Shown here one piece after another: positions 1 through 11,021 of a stretch of DNA of 25,433 nt. Under the pieces are notes generated by a model. That model ran no database searches, was not told the DNA's origin, and saw only the letters and a program-made list of their open reading frames with translations. The position numbers and the translations under genes are program-made. Positions within the stretch are counted from its first letter, which is position 1. Each line of letters begins with the position of its first letter. The DNA comes from Mesotaenium endlicherianum. Lineage: Eukaryota. Where the stretch lies: contig WELA01003517.1 of NCBI GenBank assembly GCA_009602735.1, forward strand, positions 211,141-236,573, in the 5' to 3' direction.

Positions 1-3000
1 CCCCTTGTATTCAGCTGACATGTTCAGTTTGTAAGCATTCTGACCGACACGACGGACCACCGAATATGGACCGACCCAGACAGGGCCAAGCTTTTTCTTG
101 ACCACACCAGGGAGGTACAGGTGCTGAGAATGCAGTTTGACTAAATCCCCCTTGGAAAATGTCAGTTCCCGACGGTGTTGATTAGCGTATTTTTGTTGGT
201 TTTCTTGGGCCGTGTGCAAGTTTCGTTGGACTTCTGACAGGGTGTCAGCAAACTCCTGAGTTAACTGGAGGGAGACCGGGTTGTCAATCCCTTCAGGGTG
301 AGTTAAAGATTCCCCTAGCACATCTAGAGGAGACTTAGGGACTCTACCCAGGCTGAGTTCAAAAGGAGTTTTGCCCGTTGACGCGTGCACCGCACTGTTG
401 ACCGCAAACTGAATTTGAGGCAACAGGTCATCCCAATTATCTTGTTTTTGGTTAATATATGCTCTCAGCACCTCCTGCAGAACTCGGTTAGTTCTTTCAG
501 TCTGCCCATCAGTCTGAGGGTGGTTTGCTGTGCTGAGCAGCTGTTTGACTCCCATTAACCCCATTAAAGCTCTCCAGAACTTAGAGGTGAATTTTGAGTC
601 TCTGTCTGAGATGATATTAGAAGGGAGCCCATGTTGGCATACTACATGGTTGTAAAACTGTCTCGCTGTTTCGAGTGCAGTCACTTTGACAGTTGTGGGG
701 ATAAAAATGACCATTTTTGTCAGTTTATCCACGACTACCAGTATTGAATCATGCCCGTTGGCAGTTCTTGGTAGTGAGACCACCCAGTCCATGGATATAG
801 TTTCCCAGCGTCCCGCTGGGATGGGTAGCGGTTGCAAGAGACCTCCGGGTGGTGTGTGCCGAGACTTATTTCTCTGACACTGGTCACAGGACTTGACATA
901 TTTCAAGACCTCCCGGGGTAACCCCTCCCAATGATAATGTTTTGCCAGTTTGCCAACAGTTTTGGCCTGCCCCAAATGTCCACCCAGGAGACTGTCATGA
1001 GCTTGACTCAGTAAGAGAGACCTTATTTCCAAATTATTAGGAATGACCAGCTTCAGCCTGCCTGAAGTGGTTTCAGTCACCCAGACCCCTCCCTTGAGCT
1101 TATACCCGAGTGCGGTAGCACGACACATACCAGTAGTGGGGCTGGGCTCAAATGTTGGGTCAGAAAGGTAGGCTTTCCTAAGTTGTTCAAGGAAGGACTT
1201 TTTCACCTTTAGTGAAGTGAGTGCACACAGGACTTTATCTACAGCATGCTGACTAAAGTTCCTTTCTTGCAAGTCAGGTCTTCTAGAGAGTGCATCAGCA
1301 GGATTCAACTTCCCTGGTTTGTAGTCGATCTGGACTTGGAACTGCTCCAGCATCTGGCTCCAGCGGTTCTCCCTCCTCGACAGCTTGGACTTCTTCTGAA
1401 AGTGGGTCAGAGCTAGATGATCTGTAATCACCTTAAAAGCTTTACCATGTAAGTATGCTCTCCACTGTTTGAGTACATGAATGATAGCTAGCAGCTCTTT
1501 ATCATGCACTGAGTAATTAATCTCCGCTGGATTAAATTTCATAGACTCATACAACACAGGATGCCACTCCTGCCGTACCTTACCATCCTTTGTGGTTTTG
1601 TCAGCAGGCTGCAACAAAATAGCACCCATGGCAAAATCAGAGGCATCAGTAACCACCTGCACCGGTTTGCTGGGGTCATACACGGCTAGCACTGGGGCAG
1701 AACAAAGGGCATCTTTAAGGGTCTGGAAGGCAGCCTGCTGCTCTTCCCCCCACACATACCCGATGTCTTTCTTAGTAAGGTCAGTCAGTTTACTGGCCTT
1801 TGTGGAATAATTCTCAATAAATCTCCTATAGTAGTTAGCCAACCCGAGGAAGGATCTAACTTCAGAGACAGACTGTGGTACTGGCCAGTCCCTTATGGTC
1901 TGGACTTTCTTAGGATCCACACTGATGCCCTCTTTACTGACAACGTGGCCTAAGAATTCAATACTTTCCTTAAAGAAATCACACTTGCTCATTTTAGCAT
2001 ACAAGTGATTTTTCCGCAGAGTGTCCAGCACTTTCTTTAAGTGTTCAGTGTGCTGAGCTTCATCTTTAGAGAAAATTAAAATATCATCCAGGAAAACTTG
2101 CACAAACTTATCCAAATAAGGTCTGAAAATGTCATTCATAGCACCCATAAAGGTAGCAGGAGCATTAGTCAGTCCAAATGGCATCACGTTGAACTCATAG
2201 TGTCCATAACGTGTGCGGAAAGCAGTCTTGTGTTCATCCCCCTCAGCAATTCTGATTTGATGATAACCACTCTTGAGATCTATCTTACTGAACACCTTAG
2301 CGCCAGACAGGGTATCAAGCAAGTCCTCGATTCTGGGTAAAGCATACTTGTTCTTTACTGTAATTCTGTTCAGGGCTCTGTAATCCACACACATCCGCAT
2401 ACTGCCATCCTTTTTCTTAACAAATAGGATAGGTGCGCCGTACGGTGATTTACTGGGAGAAATGTAACCATTTTCCTCCAGCTCTGCAATCTGTGTTTTC
2501 AACTCCTCACTCTCCAAATAAGACAAGCCATACGTGCGTTGCCAGGGTGGCTGGCTACCAGGTAATAAATCAATCCTATGATCTACTTCCCGCTTAGGGG
2601 GTAGTCCTGGAGGCATATTAAACACATCCGTGTACTGAGCAACAATGTTTGCAGCAGTAGGGTGTTCCGGAGGGTGTACCTTTTTCTCAACCACTTCTTC
2701 AGGTTGAGGAGGTACCTCTCTTAGCAGCAGACAGAACATTCTGTCTTCCTTCTGGTTCCAGCTTTTGACGAACTCCATTGCATTCAGCAACTTGCATCCT
2801 TCTGGAAGCCTCTTCTTTTCCTTCATTTGCCATCCACACAGGACAAGAGGAAGAGCACTGGTGGGTGCCAAGTCAGTCTGCCCATCACTGGCTCCTCTCA
2901 CTTTAACTGTACCTCTGCTCCAACACACTTCAGCTTGATGTCTATTAAGCCAGGACCTGCCTAGCACGAGATCATAAAAGCCAGTGTTGAGTACCTCAAA

Positions 3001-3504
3001 TGTAAGCGTTTCAGTTAGAACTGCAATGCCAGAACCTAACTGGACCTCAATAGGCTTGGTTATAACTCCTCCCGGGATACTTGAGGCATCTCCAAGGAAT
3101 ATTTTTCTATTCCCTTGGGTGACAGTAGGCAGCCTTAGCCGCTTAACTAAGTCCTTGTGGATAAAAGTATGTGACGCCCCTCCGTCAACAAATGCCCTCA
3201 CCTTCCTACCTGCAATCATGCAATGCAGTAGGATAGGGGGGACTGTCTTTTCCTGACTTTCGCATTGTTCTCCTGACGTAGCAAAGAAATGTTGGACATC
3301 AGGTGGAACAAGAGCATCCAGAGTGTGCACTCTCTGGACGTCTATATTGCTGATGGTCTCCTTTATCTGGTTGTCAGGCATGCATAGTGAATCCAGTTCA
3401 GCAGGACCCATAATACCTGCTACGAGGGCAGCTAGTGACGACTCACTATCTCTAGCATCCTCACAGTCAGTAGACTGGATTACTGACTGTTGCTGTCTTT
3501 TAAA
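1..3504 (-). CDS. pol: Pol polyprotein of copy A (protease, RT, RNase H, integrase), partial at the window edge; absent from the ORF track
   Basis: I read this frame codon by codon and found no stop from 3525 to 1. Motifs: FVDGGA (PR), [12 protein letters not shown] and VFLDDIL (RT), TDASD/KEL/TDH/ADAL (RH), H-x6-H...CDQC and SMDW/SDRD/QTER (IN), VGPY (GPY/F). Confidence 0.95.
3463..3504 (-). promoter_or_regulatory. -1 ribosomal frameshift signal of copy A
   Basis: T TTA AAA in the gag frame at 3504-3498, a 7-nt spacer, then a perfect 10-bp stem ACAGTCAGTA/TACTGACTGT. Confidence 0.8.
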
Positions 3505-4958
3505 GGCTGGTCTTTTCTCTCGACCTTAGGCAGGTGCTTGACCGGACACTGTTCTCTGTAGTGGCCTTTCTGCTGACAATGGTAGCAAGTAGATTTTGCT
3601 GAGGCTGGTCTCGGCTTAGTCCTACCACCACCCCTTCCATAGCCACCTCGAGAGGGACCACCTCTACCTCTAGACTGAATAGCATTGTACTCATACTCAT
3701 ATTCATCACCCTGATTATCCTCAGCCTGGTCTCCTTCAACTGCATTGTAGGAACCGTGGGGCTTTTTGACAATCTTAGACACCAAAGCGTTACTCTGGCG
3801 CTTGTGATTGAACTGCTGCTGATCCCAGGCGTCAGCATCCTGGATCAAGTCAGCCAGTTTCTCATACTTTTTCTCAGCAAAATGACCAGAGACCTCGGAT
3901 TTCAAGCCATACCTGAAGTATGCTATCCTATACCGTTCTGGCAAATCAGGCTGCTTCATCATGTTCTCTTGGAACTTTTGAGCAAACTCAGCAACTGAAG
4001 TGGTCTGCTTCAGTGTCAGGGAGATCATCGCATAGATAGCTTTCTCCTGCTGGTTGATGACATCAAACTTCTCATGCAACTTCTCGACAAACTCTACCCA
4101 CGTAGGGTCACCGAGTTGCCGAGCCTTACGCTCTTCCTTCCAGTAAAGCCACCAGTCTGCGGCACTGCCTTTCAGTAGCGCACCGGTGTGCCTGACCTTC
4201 TCGTAATCTTGCAGTTCTGGGTAGTTCTCCAGCCACTGCTCAACATCCGCGAGAAACTTGATCAGGTAATATTTTCTGTTTCCCTCAGGATCATAGTCCT
4301 GGGGAGGTTTCGGCTTGGGCTTACTAGGCCCTCGGCCACCACCACTAGTGGTGTGAGACCCCAGTTGGTCTCTGTCCCGGAGTAGGGACATTATGATTCT
4401 TTTGTCCTCCTGCTGGGACTGATACATGGTCGCCATTTGCGACTGCATCTGAACGAACAATGCTCCCAAGTCTACATTTTGGGGTGGTAGATTAGCAAAT
4501 GCAGCAGCAGCATTGGCATCTACTCGCTGAGTAGTGTCCTCAACAATCCCTCTTGCTCCTGCAGCAGCAATTCCTGCCGCATTCAGCCGGTCACGTATTT
4601 GACCTAGGGGTACATTGAGTTGTACGGCAGGAGGTGGGTTCAGAACATTGGCCCTTGATGCCATAAGTTCTTCAACAGTGCGCTCGTCAGCTGGCTGTCC
4701 TTCCCTCCTTTGTATATCTTCAGCGGCCTTTGCTACTTGTTCAGCTTCTAGTCTGGCTATCTCCTCCTCAGCTTGCTGAGCTGCGACTGAGGCAATAGCA
4801 GCTGCCTCATCTGCAGCCTCCCTAGCTGCAGTATCCGCTACTGCTTCCGAATAGGTACGGTTTCCCGCTACATGGCTTTCCGCCTGGTTTTCGACATTCT
4901 CGTTATCCTGGTTCTCCATGTCTCGGGAGTTGCTAGTTTGAGACCTTGTCCTTACCAT
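3480..4958 (-). CDS. gag: Gag of copy A, 492 aa
   Basis: ATG lies about 20 nt after the PBS. Retrotransposon capsid-like core (LKGSAADWW...[12 protein letters not shown]...[14 protein letters not shown]), RGG-rich stretch and CCHC knuckle [14 protein letters not shown]. Confidence 0.95.
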   Translation of the reverse strand: MVRTRSQTSNSRDMENQDNENVENQAESHVAGNRTYSEAVADTAAREAADEAAAIASVAAQQAEEEIARLEAEQVAKAAEDIQRREGQPADERTVEELMASRANVLNPPPAVQLNVPLGQIRDRLNAAGIAAAGARGIVEDTTQRVDANAAAAFANLPPQNVDLGALFVQMQSQMATMYQSQQEDKRIIMSLLRDRDQLGSHTTSGGGRGPSKPKPKPPQDYDPEGNRKYYLIKFLADVEQWLENYPELQDYEKVRHTGALLKGSAADWWLYWKEERKARQLGDPTWVEFVEKLHEKFDVINQQEKAIYAMISLTLKQTTSVAEFAQKFQENMMKQPDLPERYRIAYFRYGLKSEVSGHFAEKKYEKLADLIQDADAWDQQQFNHKRQSNALVSKIVKKPHGSYNAVEGDQAEDNQGDEYEYEYNAIQSRGRGGPSRGGYGRGGGRTKPRPASAKSTCYHCQQKGHYREQCPVKHLPKVERKDQPLKDSNSQ

Positions 4959-4977
4959 ACAAAGAAGACTGTGATAA

Positions 4978-4991
4978 CTGCTCCGATACCA
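4978..4991 (-). promoter_or_regulatory. Primer binding site, initiator tRNA-Met type
   Basis: TGGTATCGGAGCAG 1 nt after the LTR end; the canonical iMet PBS is TGGTATCAGAGC. Confidence 0.88.
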
Positions 4992-4992
4992 C

Positions 4993-5712
4993 TGAAATGA
5001 ATCGACTTACCAAATAGGCGATTAACAATTAATAAAGATCTTTATATCAGCAAGTAATCTTTATGGTATTTCCGTTAACTAGTTAAACGGCAAAGGACAA
5101 TACACTAGCAGGGAATAATACTCGTAAGTCAAATGCGAGTAATCTAGCATCAATGATGCAAATCAGTAAACTCATACATAAGCAAGGTTAGAAGACAGTG
5201 CGTATCAATGGCTTCTCGCCTTGGATTCAGATCTCTCTCAGTAAGCTGTACAAGAGAGTTGGCCTCGTTTCCGAATGCCGAACTCGAGAGCAATGCCTAG
5301 CATATGTACATGGAATGAGTTTACTGTTCAACGGTCAGTGCGATGGCACCGCCTACCCGGGAGTTAACCACGTTGGTAGGACCTCGGTTAACCAAATCCA
5401 CCGCCATCTCCCATCATCCCGAATAGCCATCCATCATGGGGATGTCATCTGGCCATTCATCTAGCAGGTGGTACTTAGATGCATATCAAGGCAGTTCGCT
5501 GCTACCGAGCACGGAAGTCAGCTGGCTGTCAAAGAATGTATCAGCAAGCTGACTTATATGGACTTTCAGCCTGCTGCTTTCGACTGAGTCAGCAAACTAA
5601 TAATTATGTAAAGTCCAGCAGACTGACTATTAACTAAAGTTCAGCAGGCTGAACTTAATTAACTATTTTATTTAAATGAATATTATATCCACTAATATAC
5701 TGATTCATTACA
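4993..5712 (-). repeat. 5' LTR of copy A (720 bp)
   Basis: Reads TGTAATGAATC...GATTCATTTCA on the - strand, is followed by the PBS, and aligns end to end with 12769-13489. Confidence 0.93.
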
Positions 5713-6884
5713 CCAATGTTCTGAACTCACCTCCTGCTGTACAACTCAATGTACCCCTAGGTCAAATACGTGACCGGCTGAATGCGGCAGGATTTGCTAC
5801 TGCAGGAGCCAGAGGGATTGTTGAGGACACTACTCAGCGAGTAGATGCCAATGCTGCTGCTGCATTTGCTAATCTACCACCCCAGAGTGTCGACTTGGGA
5901 GCATTGTTCGTTCAGATGCAGTCGCAAATGGCGACCATGTATCAGTCCCAGCAGGAGGACAAAAGAATCATAATGTCCCTACTCCGGGACAGAGACCAAC
6001 TGGGGTCTCACACCACTAGTGGTGGTGGCCGAGGGCCTAGTAAGCCCAAGCCGAAACCTCCCCAGGACTATGATCCTGAGGGAAACAGAAAATATTACCT
6101 GATCAAGTTTCTCGCGGATGTTGAGCAGTGGCTGGAGAACTACCCAGAACTGCAAGATTACGAGAAGGTCAGGCACACCGGTGCGCTACTGAAAGGCAGT
6201 GCCGCAGACTGGTGGCTTTACTGGAAGGAAGAGCGTAAGGCTCGGCAACTCGGTGACCCTACGTGGGTAGAGTTTGTCGAGAAGTTGCATGAGAAGTTTG
6301 ATGTCATCAACCAGCAGGAGAAAGCTATCTATGCGATGATCTCCCTGACACTGAAGCAGACCACTTCAGTTGCTGAGTTTGCTCAAAAGTTCCAAGAGAA
6401 CATGATGAAGCAGCCTGATTTGCCAGAACGGTATAGGATAGCATACTTCAGGTATGGCTTGAAATCCGAGGTCTCTGGTCATTTTGCTGAGAAAAAGTAT
6501 GAGAAACTGGCTGACTTGATCCAGGATGCTGACGCCTGGGATCAGCAGCAGTTCAATCACAAGCGCCAGAGTAACGCTTTGGTGTCTAAGATTGTCAAAA
6601 AGCCCCACGGTTCCTACAATGCAGTTGAAGGAGACCAGGCTGAGGATAATCAGGGTGATGAATATGAGTATGAGTACAATGCTATTCAGTCTAGAGGTAG
6701 AGGTGGTCCCTCTCGAGGTGGCTATGGAAGGGGTGGTGGTAGGACTAAGCCGAGACCAGCCTCAGCAAAATCTACTTGCTACCATTGTCAGCAGAAAGGC
6801 CACTACAGAGAACAGTGTCCAGTCAAGCACCTTCCCAAAGTCGACAGAAAAGACGAGCCTTTAAAAGACAGCAACAGTCAGTAA
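5713..6884 (+). pseudogene. gag: 5'-truncated gag of copy B (Gag residues 104-492)
   Basis: Near-identical to A Gag from NVLN onward. The first 13 aa of the 5676 ORF come from A's LTR read antisense. Confidence 0.92.
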
Positions 6885-6907
6885 TCCAGTCTATTGACTG
6901 TGAGGAT
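6860..6907 (+). promoter_or_regulatory. -1 ribosomal frameshift signal of copy B
   Basis: TTTAAAA at 6860-6866; stem 6874-6883/6892-6901; loop ATCC is complementary to GGAT at 6904-6907. Confidence 0.78.
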
Positions 6908-9900
6908 GCGAGAGATAGTGAGTCGTCACTAGCTGCCCTCGTAGCAGGTATTATGGGTCTTGCTGAACTGGATTCACTATGCATGCCTGACAACCAGATA
7001 AAGGAGACCATCAGCAATATAGACGTCCAGAGAGTGCACTCTTTGGATGCTCTTGTTCCATCTGATGTCCAACATTTCTTTGCTAAGTCGAGAGAACAAT
7101 GCGAAAGTCAGGAAAAGACAGTCCCCCCTATCCTACTGCATTGCATGATTGCAGGTAGGAAGGTGAGGGCATTTGTTGACGGAGGGGCGTCACATACTTT
7201 TATCCACAAGGACTTAGTTAAGCGGCTAAGGCTGCCTACTGTCACCCAAGGGAATAGAAAAATATTCCTTGGAGATGCCTCAAGTATCCCGGGAGGAGTT
7301 ATAACCAAGCCTATTGAGGTCCAGTTAGGTTCTGGCATTGCAGTTCTAACTGAAACGCTTACATTTGAGGTACTCAACACTGGCTTTTATGATCTCGTGC
7401 TAGGCAGGTCCTGGCTTAATAGACATCAAGCTGAAGTGTGTTGGAGCAGAGGTACAGTTAAAGTGAGAGGAGCCAGTGATGGGCAGACTGACTTGGCACC
7501 CACCAGTGCTCTTCCTCTTGTCCTGTGTGGATGGCAAATGAAGGAAAAGAAGAGGCTTCCAGAAGGATGCAAGTTGCTGAATACAATGGAGTTTGTCAAA
7601 AGCTGGAACCAGAAGGAAGACAGAATGTTCTGTCTGCTGCTAAGAGAGCTACCTCCTCAACCTGAAGAAGTGGTTGAGAAATAGGTAAGCCCACCGGAGC
7701 ATCCTACTGCTGCAAAAATCGTTGCTCAGTACACGGATGTATTTAATATGCCTCCAGGACTACCCCTAAAGAGGGAAGTAGATCATAGGATTGATTTATT
7801 ACCTGGGAGTCAGCCACCCTGGCAACGCACTTATGGCTTGTCTTATGTGGAGAGCGAGGAGTTGAAAACACAAATTGCAGAGCTTGAGGAAAATGGTTAT
7901 ATTTCTCCCAGTAAATCACCTTACGGCGCACCCATCCTATTTGTTAAGAAAAAGGATGGCAGTATGCGGATGTGTGTGGATTACAGAGCCCTGAACAGAA
8001 TTACAGTAAAGAACAAGTATGCTTTACCCAGAATCGAGGACTTGCTTGATACCCTGTCTGGCGCTAAGGTGTTCAGTAAGATAGATCTCAAGAGTGGTTA
8101 TCATCAAATCAGAATTGCTGAGGGGGATGAACACAAGACTGCTTTCCGCACACGTTATGGACACTATGAGTTCAACGTGATGCCATTTGGACTGACTAAT
8201 GCTCCTGCTACCTTCATGGGTGCTATGAATGACATTTTCAGACCTTATTTGGATAAGTTTGTGCAAGTTTTCCTGGATGATATTTTAATTTTCTCTAAAG
8301 ATGAAGCTCAGCACACTGAACACTTAAAGAAAGTGCTGGACACTCTGCGGAAAAATCACTTGTATGCTAAAATGAGCAAGTGTGATTTCTTTAAGGAAAG
8401 TATTGAATTCTTAGGCCACGTTGTCAGTAAAGAGGGCATCAGTGTGGATCCTAAGAAAGTCCAGACCATAAGGGACTGGACAGTACCACAGTCTGTCTTT
8501 GAAGTTAGATCTTTCCTCGGGTTGGCTAACTACTATAGGAGATTTATTGAGAATTATTCCACAAAGGCCGATAAACTGACTGACCTTACTAAGAAAGACA
8601 TAGGGTATGTGTGGGGGGAAGAGCTAGGGTATGTGTGGGGGGAAGAGCAGCNTTGCCTTCCAGACCATTAAAGATGCCCTTTGTTCTGCCCCAGTGCTAG
8701 CCATGTATGACCCCAGCAAACCGGTGCAGGTGGTTACTGATGCCTCTGACTTTGCCATGGGTGCTATTTTGTTGCAGCCTGCTGACAAAACCACAAAGGA
8801 TGGTAAGGTACGGCAGGAGTGGCATCCTGTGTTGTATGAGTCTATGAAATTTAATCCAGCGGAGATTAATTACTCAGTGCATGATAAAGAGCTGCTAGCT
8901 ATCATTCATGTACTCAAACAGTGGAGAGCATACTTACATGGTAAGGCTTTTAAGGTGATTACAGATCATCTAGCTCTGACCCACTTTCAGAAGAAGTCCA
9001 AGCTGTCGAGGAGGGAGAACCGCTGGAGCCAGATGCTGGAGCAGTTCCAAGTCCAAATCGACTACAAACCAGGGAAGTTGAATCCTGCTGATGCACTCTC
9101 TAGAAGACCTGACTTGCAAGAAAGAAACTTTAGTCAGCATGCTGTAGATAAAGTCCTGTGTGCACTCACTTCACTAAAGGTGAAAAAGTCCTTCCTTGAA
9201 CAACTTAGGAAAGCCTACCTTTTTGACCCAACATTTGAGCCCAGCCCCACTACTGGTATGTGTTGTGCTACTACACTCGGGTATAAGCTTAAGGGAGGGG
9301 TCTGGGTGAATGAAACCACTTAAGGCAGGTTGAAGCTGGTCATTCCTAACGACTTGGAAATAAGGTCTCTCTTACTGAGTCAAGCTCATAACAGTCTCCT
9401 GGGTGGACATTTGGGGCAGGCCAAAACTGTTGGCAAACTGGCAAAACATTATCATTGGGAAGGGTTACCCCGGGAGGTCTTGAAATATGTTAAGTCCTGT
9501 GACCAGTGTCAGAGAAATAAGTCTCGGCACAAACCACCCGGAGGTCTCTTGCAACCGCTGTCCATCCCAGCTGGACGCTGGGAAACTATATCCATGGACT
9601 GGGTGGTCTCACTACCAAGAACTGCCAATGGGCATGATTCAATACTGGTAGTCGTGGATAAACTGACAAAAATGGTCATTTTTATCCCCACAACTGTCAA
9701 AGTGACTGCACTCGAAACAGCGAGACAGTTCTACAACCATGTAGTATGCCAACATGGGCTCCCTTCTAATATCATCTCAGACAGAGACTCAAAATTCACC
9801 TCTAAGTTCTGGAGAGCTTTAATGGGGTTAANAGTTAATGGGAGTCNAACAGATGCTCAGCACAGCAAATCACCCTCAGACTGATGGGCAGACTGAAAGA

Positions 9901-10508
9901 ACTAACCGAGTTCTGCAGGAGGTGCTCAGAGCATATATTAACCAAAAACAAGATAATTGGGATGACCTGTTGCCTCAACTTCAGTTTGCGGTCAACAGTG
10001 CGGTGCACACGTCAACGGGCAAGACTCCTTTTGAACTCAGCCTGGGTAGAGTCCCTAAGTCTCCTTTAGATGTCCTGGGGGAGTCCTTAACTTGCCCTGA
10101 AGGGATTGACAACCCGGTCTCCCTCCAGTTAACTCAGAAGTTTGCTGACACCCTGTCAGAATTCCAACAAAACCTGCACAAGGCCCAAGAAAACCAACAA
10201 AAATACGCTAATCAACACCGTCGGGAACTGACATTTTCCAAGGGGGATTTAGTCAAACTGCATTCTTAGCACCTGTACCTCCCTGGTGTGGTCAAGAAAA
10301 AGCTTGGCCCTGTCTGGGTCGGTCCATATTCGGTGGTACGTCGTATCGGTCAGAATGCTTACAAGCTGAACATGTCAGCTGAATACAAGATCACCCGGTC
10401 TTTAATGTCTCCTTCCTGGAACCATACATCAAAGGTGATACACTGTTCACAGGTCGGTTACCTGTCCAACCGGGACCGGTCCCCGCTGTCCGAGACGGCG
10501 ACCCTGAG

Positions 10509-10697
10509 GAATATGAGGTCGATGAGATTTTAGACGCTCGCTCGGTCCGTCGATCGTCTAAATATGTCATGAAGTACCTCATCCGATGGAAGGGTTACGA
10601 TGCCTCTGGGGACACTTGGGAATTTAAAGACCAGCTGACCATTGCCAAAGGGGCGTTGAAACATTTCCACCTTCGGGCGGCAGGGGCACCGCCCTAA
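10509..10697 (+). other. Integrase C-terminal chromodomain coding region
   Basis: Translates as EYEVDEILDARSVRRSSKYVMKYLIRWKGYDASGDTWEFKDQL..., with the Y/W/Y aromatic-cage positions retained. Not in the ORF track. Confidence 0.92.
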
Positions 10698-10724
10698 CTG
10701 TCCCTTCAGTAGACATGGGAAGGT

Positions 10725-10763
10725 GACAGGAGGTCCTGTCTCCATATAAGTTGGAGGGGGATG
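10725..10763 (+). promoter_or_regulatory. Internal hairpin + PPT-like module directly after pol
   Basis: GACAGG-aggt-CCTGTC hairpin, then ATAAGTTGGAGGGGGA followed by TG. The 13-mer ATAAGTTGGAGGG is identical to 12754-12766. Confidence 0.65.
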
Positions 10764-11021
10764 TGACAGTTAGTGACAGTTGTGACAGGCAGCCCACCTT
10801 TAGATTTATGTTGGAGGGAGTGGTATTCTCTGATCACCATATTACACACTCAACCTGCGCTCACACTCACTTGCTCTCTCATGCAATTTTTCCTTATATT
10901 CACTCACACCAGGTATTCCACGCTAGGAACTCTCTCGATCGCGTCCCTCTTCATCAAGGGCACTCAGTAGCGGCAAAATATCATGACTTCACTAACTGCA
11001 TTGTGTTTATGATTGAGCAGG

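Larger units (their letters stand above)
1..5712 (-). mobile_element. Ty3/Gypsy LTR retrotransposon copy A (chromovirus family shared with copy B); 3' part lies outside the window
   Basis: On the - strand the order is 5' LTR (5712-4993), PBS, gag, then PR-RT-RH-IN (Gypsy order). Near-identical to copy B, which carries a chromodomain. Confidence 0.96.
6860..10697 (+). pseudogene. pol: Disrupted pol of copy B (PR-RT-RH-IN-chromodomain)
   Basis: Same motifs as A, but with stops at 7682 (A: AAG), 9321 (A: TCA) and 10267 (A: CAG), a frameshift near 10390, and n-associated duplications near 8602-8652 and 9825-9847. Confidence 0.93.

Noticed and set aside
686..4385. Short + strand ORFs over copy A and their mirrors over copy B
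   Set aside because: Antisense shadows of gag/pol; they recur only because the copies are near-identical.
7171..7191. Protease motif DGG rather than DSG/DTG
   Set aside because: Present in both copies, but DGG variants occur in other Gypsy proteases; not evidence of novelty.
8602..8652. Duplicated GGGTATGTGTGGGGGGAAGAGC and frameshift in B pol
   Set aside because: Next to an n and absent from copy A; most likely a gap-filling artefact.
9825..9847. Frameshift in B integrase
   Set aside because: Contains two n's and a short duplication; likely an assembly artefact.
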